Below, piece after piece: positions 1 through 34,604 of a DNA stretch of 34,604 bases. Source of the stretch: Octopus bimaculoides (lineage: Eukaryota); the NCBI RefSeq assembly GCF_001194135.2, contig NC_069000.1, positions 17,860,085-17,894,688 of the forward strand, given 5' to 3'. A program made the position numbers and the translations under genes. The stretch's first letter is position 1. Every line of letters begins with the position of its first letter. The notes under the pieces were generated by a model. It did not search any database, was not told the DNA's origin, and saw nothing but the letters and a program-made list of their open reading frames with translations.

Positions 1-129
1 CTGTAACTTTCATAACCTGATCTAACAGCTTGATGCCTCTGTAATTATTTGTATCTAAAGCGTCACCTTTACCTTTGTAGCAGTTGACTATGATGCTGCT
101 ACACCAGTCATTGGGTATGACTCCTTCGT

Positions 130-138
130 GTATCACCA

Positions 139-169
<31 letters not shown>

Positions 170-247
170 GTGTGTGTGTGTGTGTATATATATATGTATG
201 TATGTGTGTATATATATATGTATGTATGTGTGTATATATGTATGTGT
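130..247. repeat. Compound (TA)n/(TG)n/(TATG)n microsatellite
   Basis: Read directly. Confidence 0.9.
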
Positions 248-572
248 ACAAAATTTAAAGAAAACAGAAAATGGAGAAGTACTGATTTAAAAATGTGAAT
301 TTTGTTTCCGAAGCAGGGATGGTCTCAGGTGAGTTGAGGAAAAGTGGGGTGATAATGAGGTAGCCAAAAGGGGATAATGGATACAAAAGCAAGCAAAATA
401 ATGGGTTAATTAGGTTAAGTTTTATGTGTGAAATACTGTTTTGAATTTGCTGCAGAAAATGGTTTGAGTGGTGGTGGTGGTGATGGGAAGCAGGAGGGGG
501 CAGGAGCACAAGGAATGTAGCCTAGGTGCCAAGCGGGTGGTAACTTGAAAAAATTTGGGAACCACTGAACTA

Positions 573-699
573 CAGGGTGTCCACAAGGTCTGGGTACATG
601 GAGTAAATAAAATCATAACATAAACAATTAAATATAAGAAAAAATAATTTCTTAAAGTATGTGTTAATCCCCATGTACCCAGACTTTGTGGACACCCTG
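573..699. mobile_element. Tc1/mariner-type MITE, 127 bp
   Basis: 29-bp TIRs CAGGGTGTCCACAA(G/A)GTCTGGGTACATGG with one mismatch (573-601 and 671-699), flanked by TA at 571-572 and 700-701. Confidence 0.9.
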
Positions 700-1001
700 T
701 AGATTAAGAATGAAAAATTTGGGGTTTAACCCCTCCAAGTTCTTGATTACTATCAAAATTAATCGAAACATAGGCTTTGTATTTGAGCAGAAATATGGCC
801 ATGAAAGTGTTGAGCAGAAATGGAAATGCAGTAATACATGGTGTTAGGGTTTATGTGTCCATAGAAACCTGGAATATTTCATTAGAAAAATAATAGAGAA
901 AGGCTTGAATTAATAGAACAGGTTCTTTTTACAAGTTTCTTTTGTTTCTATTTATTTTTTTTATTAATAATATATCTGTATATTTTGTTTTTGTTTTTTA
1001 G

Positions 1002-26500
<25,499 letters not shown>

Positions 26501-26671
26501 CAGACTGATTTGTCACAGTTTTCTTACTGTTTTTTTTTGTTTTTTTTAACCCCCACCGAATGTAACATTATTTTTCACTTGGTTGTAAGGAATATTTTGG
26601 GGAAATGAGAAAAAAAATATATAACTATCTTATGTTGATTTTTTTTTTTTTTTTTTTTCAAGTAAAACTTT

Positions 26672-26697
26672 AATAAAAATGAATGAAGAAAAATAAA
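26672..26697 (+). promoter_or_regulatory. Candidate proximal polyadenylation signals (AATAAA at 26672 and 26692)
   Basis: Hexamers lie about 170-190 nt after the stop, but the context is very A/T-rich so they may be chance. Confidence 0.3.
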
Positions 26698-26924
26698 ATA
26701 AAAGAAAATGCATTTTTTTTTCCGGGAAAATAAAATTTCCATTTCAAAAGAAAATTTTTTTTTTATTAAAAAAAAAAAGCCCTATGGGTTTTCTAGGCAA
26801 GAAGGACCTATTTCCACTCTGTGGTAGGATATATTTTCAGAGGGAAAGTAAAAGAAACACGAAAATTTTAGATTTCAAGAGATTTATTTACAATTCACAA
26901 TTACTATTATTATTTTTATTATTA

Positions 26925-27558
26925 CTAAGGTGACAAACTGGCGGAATCATTAGCAGGCCAGACAAAATGCTTAGCGGCGTTTTGTCTGAGTTTAAATGCT
27001 GCCGCGGTTGACTTTGCCTTTTGTCCTTTCAGAGTTGATAAAATAAGTACCAGTTGAGTACTGAGTTCGATGTAATCGACTTACAGCAGCAAGCTGGCAG
27101 AATCATTAACATGTTGGACAAAATGCTGCTAAGCATTCTGAGTTCAAATTCTGTGAAAGTCGATTTTGCCTTTCATCCTTTCAAGGTTGATTAAATAAAT
27201 GCCAGTTAAGCACTGGGGGTTGATGTAATCAACTTACCCCTTTCCCCCAAAATTTGGCTTTGTGCCTATAATAGAAAGGATTATTATTATTATTATTATT
27301 ATTTATTATTATTATTATCATTATTATTATTAAGGTGGGGAGCTGGCAGAATCGTTGGCATGCTGGATGAAGTGCTTAGTGGTATTTCTCCCATCGCTAC
27401 ATTTTGAGTTCAAATTCTGCCGAGGTCGACTTTGCCTTTCATCCTTTTGAGGTTGATAAAATAAGTACTAGTTGAACATTGGGGGTCAATGTAATCAACT
27501 CATCCCCTCTTCCAAAATTGCTGCCCTTGTGGCAAAATTATTATTATTATTATTATTA
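26925..27558 (+). mobile_element. Three tandem SINE family B copies downstream of the PTP stop codon
   Basis: Units start at about 26925, 27084 and 27331. Confidence 0.85.
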
Positions 27559-28978
27559 GTCTTTATTTTATTTCCATTATTCATTTTTTGTGTAGGATTT
27601 ATCCAAATATTTTAGTTTATTTTTTTTTACTATTTGTTTCTTTCTTCCCTCTCACCCAGCTCATCTGCCTCTGTGATGACAATGTCATTTGCTGTCAGCG
27701 TCCTATATTTTGTGTTTAATTAGAGCCTTGTTCAGTCTTCTCACTTGGGTTTAAATATAAGAAACTATCAACTATAATTTCCATCATATCCACAATGTTC
27801 TTTGGGTACTTTTTTTTCTGGCTTCTTACCATAGAAACACTCTTTTGTGTTTAGTTTCTTCACATCTGTCAGACATATGGCACTAGTTGTGTTTTAGTTG
27901 CAGATTTATTCAGCTCTGTTCTATTATTCTAATGATAATATTGCACTGATGTCTAATGATATCGTTCACATGTATTTTCATAGTTTTTTTTTTCTTTCTT
28001 TATTAAATTTTCATTTTTGTAATAATGAAAGAATGACAGCAGAAATATTATGAATATAACATATATATATTTATATAACATATATATATAATATTATTAT
28101 TATTATTATTATTATATAGTTGGCTATAGAACATCAAGCTCTATTGCTCATTCATAAATTCATTTTCTATTCCATTTCCAACCACCTTTGAGGCCTTTAT
28201 GTTCATAGTTACCTCCCCATTCAGTGTACAAATAATCAAATCCCCCCTTCCCATTCCACAATATACCTACATTTTCTATAAAGATAAGGACAACGTTGTG
28301 ACTAAGGAAGTATTTGCAACCCTATTGTGATAAAATTGGGTGCCATAAAGAAAAACAGCTATGATAAGTCCTTCCCATGCACTAGATGTATTTTCACAGG
28401 GGAAGTTATCGACATCTATCTCTTTCAACCTAATTAATATTTTGGAAAGGCTTCTTGCCTTCTCCATCTCTTCAATTTGCTTTTCAGTGCAATCTTCAGT
28501 GAAGTCCTTTTGATTCTTTACTCCATTTTAATATTTTTAAATAATGAAATATCGTTTGTCATCTTACACAACTTGCACATGTCATTTAGTTGTCTTAGAC
28601 TAATAGATTATGCATTATACATATCAAAGCACCTTTCGGTCTTGATAGATCGACATTCCTTCAATGCATTTCTCTTTGGACATATAAATCTTTGATTCCC
28701 CCACCTCTTTCTCCCCCCCTCTCTCTCTCCTTTCTATTGTGTGTGGGAGTAATTAAATGAAAGAATTTAAAGTGTGTTTATTAAAACAAATAGATATCAC
28801 TTCTAAAATGGCACCTTTTTAGAAATGTCTATATGATTTTATTATTATTAGGGGTGGACAGGGTGGGCGAGGGTGTGTGATCAATTTAAAGAATGGCTAG
28901 TAATGGAATATTTTGCTGCTGCCACTAATATCATTGTGAAAGATTTCAAAAGAATTGATGGCAAATTTTTTCAATTTG

Positions 28979-29021
<43 letters not shown>

Positions 29022-30437
29022 TAATGAAGTGATTTTAAATTCTCAATCGCAGAATAATGCTAATAATATAGCCTGAACAGGATAAACTACCCCTATTTTG
29101 CAGAGAAAAGTGTAGGTGGCTAGCTGTGGACTCGAACTCACATCCCCATATGAAATTTATACACCAGAACAGCCTCCTATTATTAATATATGCCTTGTTG
29201 TTAGCTATCTTTTCCAGTATAATTTGTTTACAGCTGTCTTGTTACCATGACCAACATTGGCCAGATCAGACCGAAGCCGATTTGAAGCTACTCTGTTTCA
29301 GTTGCAAAAAATAGCAGATATTAAGGCAAGTAATTGGTATCAAATTTTTGATTGGCTATAACTATCATGCTAGTAACATCACTTAATCAAACTTGTGACA
29401 TCAGGCTGACAGGAGTGAAAATGAAGAATTTTGGAATATATATGACCAAACCAGTGAAGTTGATGGATTTTTGAGCACAGATGTTGGTGGCTGTAAGAAG
29501 GCACCATTATCTGTACTCAAAATCCATCAGATCAGTACTGGATCAGTATAGCAGATAGGAAGTAGTCTTCTAGAACATCATTTGGTGAAAATCTTCAAAC
29601 ATAGATCTGTAGTTCATAGGAACAATTTTGCTACTGTTGAGAATAATCAAGTAGCCTAGTGCACTGAGGCACATAGTTCTTCATTATTGCCTGATCTCTC
29701 TTGAATCATAAGCTAGACAACGGCCTTACAAAGGCACTGGGAGCTAAATATACATATGTCTGTAGCTTGATCTTGAACTGATCATTTTTTAGGTTGGCAA
29801 ATAAATTGTGCAATCTGTTGGTAGGCAGTAAAGTGTTCAGTTGAAAAATAGGCAGGCAGGGCAAGCTTAAGTATACAAATTTATCCATATCTTCCAGTTA
29901 AATGTTATTCATTTAAGACATATTTTTGCGGCCAGCTTTTTGTTTTCAAGCCAAATTGATTTTCAGACATGTGTTTATTTATTTATTCAGCTGCGCCTGG
30001 GAATATGTATATGAGCAGCTTGAAAAATATTATCCACAGCTTGGTTGTTCAATGGATAGTGGGGAGAGGGGTTGGATAATTGTCATGCAACTCTTTTTAG
30101 CAACTAAAACAAATTTGACTAAAAAAAACAGTTGGCTTTAAAGATTTAGAAGAAACGTATTTGATAATTTTTTTAAAATTTGAAACATATTTTGGGTGGT
30201 AAGAGAAAGTTTATAAATGTCTGTTTTTTGGGATGGGATGACTGTGTGGCAGAATCTTTCTAAACATCTATGTTGGGATGGCATTGGTGGGTTGTATTGT
30301 ATATATCATAATATTTCTAAATACATTTGGGATAATGTGTATGGTATTCCATTTCAGACTTTTTTTTTCTGTAAATGTCTAAAAAAAATTTATTGAAATA
30401 TTTATATTTTAAACAAAAAAAAAAAAAAAATGACCAC

Positions 30438-30846
30438 ATAGGCGTAGGAGTGGCTGTGTGGTAAGTAGCTTGCTTACCAACCACATGGTCCCGGGTTCAG
30501 TCCCACTGCGTGGCATCTTGGGCAAGTGTCTTCTACTATAGCCTCGGGCCGACCGAAGCCTTGTGAGTGGATTTGGTAGACGGAAACTGAAAGAAGCCCG
30601 TCGTATGTATGTATATATATATATATATGTATGTGTTCGTGTGTCTGTCTTTGTCCCCCCAACATCGCTTGACAACCGATGCTGGTGTGTTTATGTCCCC
30701 GTAACTTAGCGGTTCGGCAAAAGAGACCGATAGAATAAGTACTAGGCTTCTAAAGAATAAGTCCTGGGGTCGATTTGCTCGACTAAAGGTGGTGCACCAG
30801 CATGACCGCAGCCACTTGGCTGAAACACATAAATAAATAAATAAAC
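30438..30846 (+). mobile_element. Full-length SINE family A with (TAAA)n tail
   Basis: tRNA-like head, internal (TA)n, 3' GTCGA...TCGAC module. Confidence 0.88.
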
Positions 30847-31744
30847 ATAGTCTTTATAACAGATTTACTAATACTTATGGGCATACATTGTGTGTATGTT
30901 AATTTTAATAGATCTGTTTATCTTACTAATATCCTCATACATGCATGCCTGTATGCATCAGAATATTATTATTATTCATAAAGAAAGTACAAAGTCTGTA
31001 AAGAAAAGTTTCATGAAAACATGACTATTACTCAGCCCCAATTAATGTTGGTCTGGGTTATCCAACAGAGCTATTTTCTTCATACTCTGCTGTAAAATCT
31101 ATCACTGATTACCATATCTTTTCAGTTTTACATTGCAATAAACAAGGTTTTCAGAATACATAATACTTAGAGGACATTTCAAGCCACTTCACTGTTTATT
31201 CCTCTCTACAGAATGTAAATTTCTGAACCTTTTCAAACACTGTATTTATTTTAACAAATGGAATCATAAATGAACTTTACAAGACCTGATGTGTTTTTTT
31301 TGTTACTTGAGTCATATAAATGTTGTCACTGTGAGAGATTTGTGAACTAGTAATGACTGAAATGATGGTTGCCAGTCAAGCCATCAAAAGGGCCTAGCTT
31401 CTTCTCATGTTTCTAAGAAAGGGGACAGCCTGTATTAACAAAGCTAGAGGCAGTGAGTAAAACATTTAAGGATTGGAATTAGAATGCTGAGATACTGAAA
31501 GTTTCTGGATTGCTTAATGAATACACAAGTTACCTGACACTGAGTAGGAAAGTGCTCTCTCTAAGACTAACAAGCACAACACCATCATCCATTGCTTGCT
31601 ACAAAGATAAAGAAGAGATACAAGAGAAAGTTAAAGGCTCACACTCATAGAGTTAATATATAATGGAAGTAAAAATTGGAAAATGCATTCTGAGTGTGGA
31701 ACCATTTCTGCTATATTTCTGCTGCATGTAAAAAACATCCCTGC

Positions 31745-31957
31745 CAGTGCCGCATGAAAGGCACCTGTGCTGGTACATGCTGGTGCCATGAAAACAGCCT
31801 GTAAAAAAAAAGCATCTGTAAAGTGGTTGGTGTTAGGGAGGATATCCAGCTATAGAAACCATGCCAAAACAGACAATTGGAGCCTGGTGCAGCTCTCTAG
31901 CTGGCCAGCTCCTGTCCAACCCATGTCAGCATGGAAAATAGACATTAAATGATGATG
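31745..31957 (+). mobile_element. Family D copy
   Basis: ttagggaggatatccagctatagaaacc...gtccaacccatg..agcatggaa...ttaaatgatgatg. Confidence 0.7.
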
Positions 31958-32781
31958 AAAAACACCTGCAAGAAAAAATATTTGACTTAATAATTCTGAA
32001 TTGTTCAACAAGATGAAATCTTTGAGATCTTATACTGTAGAATGGTAAATTAGATATGAATATATATATATGGCTTATGAAAGCTGTTCAGGTCATACAA
32101 CTGTTATTAAAGTTGGCTGATAGATAGCAATAATTACAGGATGTAATTTGATGTTAGATGTAGACGTTTCTCTTCAGTATTTGAAGGAATTGTAAAATTA
32201 TGCAAATACATGCATGTAATGCATGATACAAGGTAGTAAAAAGAAACTTATGCAGATCAAGAATTCTTAGGACGAAATAGTTTGATCAGACCTTAGGTAT
32301 CAATTGCTTTTTTAACCACCTATGTTGTGTACATATGCCTTAAATCTTTTCTCTCTTTGAAACTGTTTTGTTCTAAGCTCTAATTAAGCAGATCTGTGAA
32401 CAAAAGTACAGTATCTAGGTATAGTGTATCTTGGGCTACATTATTCAATGTGACTTTTTTTTTCAGATGGTAGGATGTGATTTGAAGTGGACTTCATTAC
32501 AATTTCTTGCAGGTTGTGGCTTGAATCTTCAAGCTTATCTTCTTTTTTTTTTTTTTACTCACACCCAACTGGTTGAGACAAGGGATACATTTGCACCGAC
32601 CATTTGGGACAGAAGCTGAAACATTTGAACACCCTATATAAAATAATCCACTATATCTGGGTAACATCAAAGTTGTTCCTTAACATCATATCCTTGGCAT
32701 GAAATCATTTAATAAAATCATCAATATTCAATACACCACTGTCAAGGTGGGTGTACTTCAGGACTCAGTCATTTCACCCCC

Positions 32782-33318
32782 ACAACGAAGTAAAAAATGA
32801 AAAAAATAAATATACCAATACATTATATTGTCTTTGAGTTTTTAAAGTTCAATGGTAATCCATGTAGATAATGGTTGGAAAAATAAGGATGCATGAAAAT
32901 TGAGAGTTGTGTTAGGTTTAAAAAAAAAGAGAAGGGGCTAAAAGTTTGTGTTAAGCAGGAAGTGTGGTGTCAAAACAGTTCCTGTGTGTAAGGGGAGACA
33001 AATCTTTTTAGTTGGAGTTATGAACTCTTTTTCAACAGGAAGTTTATGTCTGTTCCTAGAGTCTCTAGACTAAAAAGATTTGTCTCCCCTTACACACACT
33101 TCCTGTTTCGACACCACACTTCCTGCTTAACACAAACTTTTAGCCCCTTCTCTCTTTTTTTTAAACCTAACACAACTCTCAATTTTCATGCATCCTTATT
33201 TTTCCAACCATTATCTACATGGATTACCATTGAGCTTTAAAAGCTCAAAGACAATATAATGTATTGGTATATTTATTTTTTTATATATTATTATGCTTTT
33301 CATTTTTTACTTCTTTGT
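32782..33318. repeat. Long inverted repeat / foldback element
   Basis: Arms 32800-33012 and 33069-33282 differ by 7 substitutions and 2 small indels; 56-nt spacer. Pairing resumes past a ~17-nt gap out to 32782/33318. Confidence 0.95.
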
Positions 33319-33446
33319 AAAAAAACATTTTCATTCTCCCTCTTCTTGATAATTCGCCATGCAATGAAAGCCTGAAAGCCGGTTAGAAATTTTTATTAAA
33401 ATATGCTTCCAGTTTAGCATTCTGCCTCATTATTATTTTTCATTTT

Positions 33447-33447
<1 letters not shown>

Positions 33448-33518
<71 letters not shown>

Positions 33519-33526
33519 TGTATATA
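33448..33526. repeat. (TA)n(CA)n microsatellite
   Basis: Read directly. Confidence 0.9.
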
Positions 33527-33889
33527 TTCCGTTTTTGGATTTGGTTTGCAAGATTCTTTGTATGAGTTCATGTATTGAAGCATATTCTGTTGTGTCTTGG
33601 GAGTCAATTTCTTTTTGTGCCTTATAATTTAACACACTCACCGGTAAAATTTCCACTTATTCCTTATTTTTATTTTCCTAAAATTTTCGTTGCGTCTTGC
33701 AACCTTTTCAATAGTCTTCACTCTGTCCTTTATTTACACTGCACTGCGTTCCTTTTTGTTTGTAAATAACGGACAGTCAAGACTTCTCAATCACAGCATA
33801 TCACCAAGGTTTCAGTCACGAGTCATTTCCTCCATGAGACTCAACATTCGAAAATCATGCTTCACCACATATCAAAATCTTGAAGCTGC

Positions 33890-33971
33890 AAGATAATTTA
33901 TGATTACTTCAATGCAATGTGAATAAATAAGCATCACATTTGCCTGAGTAATTTGAATGCTAAAGGGTTAA
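33890..33971. mobile_element. Terminus of a TTAA-target (piggyBac-like) MITE; second copy at about 24395-24478
   Basis: The two loci share about 80 nt ending tgaatgctaaagg(g/a)TTAA. The partner terminus was not found. Confidence 0.45.
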
Positions 33972-33972
33972 A

Positions 33973-34150
33973 GTCCATCTTCTATGTTGGTGTGGGCTAG
34001 ATGGTTTAACAGGATCTGATGAGCTGGAAGGCTGTAGTAAGCCCCAATGTCTGCTTTGGTATGGTTTCTATGGCTAGATGCCCTTCCTAATGCTAACCAC
34101 TTCTACATAGTGTACTGGATGGGTTTTTTTCATAGCACCAGCATTAGTGA
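33973..34150 (-). mobile_element. Family D copy
   Basis: gatgcccttcctaatgctaacc motif at about 34077-34098. Confidence 0.65.
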
Positions 34151-34604
34151 GGTCATCAAGTAACTCACAAGGTAAACCTCCTTAACTGATTGGTGTGTTT
34201 GTGTAGTAGAGAGGAAGGTGGCTTTATGTCAGTTGCTGAAAGGATCTTCCTGGGCTTTTGAGAAAATCTATTTCCTGTGTGTTCTTAGTGTTTATTACTC
34301 TTATACATCTACTACAAAGTCTGCTTTCCTTTGTTAACCTTTCCAGTATTAATTTGCATGTTTATGTACAATCATATGTAACACCAATCAAATATAAATG
34401 GGAAAAGCACGCTATTCATTTGAGAACAATATAAAATTTACTTTTGCATGGAAAATGTTGACAGTGATTTAGAAGTTTCTTCAGTATTTGGCTTGATCAG
34501 ATGTAATTCTGTATTTTTGTTTTTGTAAGGAAAATATTAGCTTCATAAAACTGATAACTTTGAAGTTGTAGATATGAGTTACATGCTTGGGTCCAAATTT
34601 GAAT

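Noticed and set aside
26620-26800. Homopolymer-rich stretch after the stop codon
   Set aside because: Looks like low-complexity or low-quality sequence; no structure can be supported.
29400-29900. Faint resemblance to an RTE endonuclease (EEFWNIYDQ...DVG...LLE)
   Set aside because: Too degenerate; the key GDFN and IDY motifs are not readable.
30438-30510. tRNA-like sequences at SINE heads (also 4465, 7490, 9880, 21766, 24557)
   Set aside because: A/B-box-like motifs are present but I see no complete cloverleaf, and each continues into a repeat body; not tRNA genes.

Overview
AT-rich, microsatellite- and SINE-dense eukaryotic genomic scaffold with three N gaps. The repeat families and (TA)n/(CA)n load suggest a coleoid cephalopod such as Octopus; that is an inference. 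The ORF track is almost all noise. The real gene is a + strand spliced non-receptor protein tyrosine phosphatase of the PTP1B/TC-PTP (PTPN1/PTPN2, fly Ptp61F) class. Seven coding exons lie at 1002-1108, 6911-7009, 8402-8551, 9151-9360, 10818-11000, 22855-23315 and 26290-26500 (about 470 aa visible; the first exons are upstream of the window). They encode the WPD loop, [10 protein letters not shown], the Q loop, a PPMPPKR motif, a basic tail and a C-terminal membrane anchor. The first intron is GC-AG. The most interesting unexplained structures are: (1) a type I hammerhead ribozyme inside a 352-nt-period direct repeat (retrozyme or Penelope-like), in sense within the 11.9-kb intron; (2) a frame-preserving 27-nt candidate microexon with UGC motifs about 1 kb downstream of it; (3) a near-perfect inverted repeat with ~213-bp arms downstream of the gene; (4) SINE orientation that flips across the catalytic exon. 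Also present are Tc1/mariner and hAT MITEs with TSDs, RTE-LINE fragments and several tRNA-headed SINE families.
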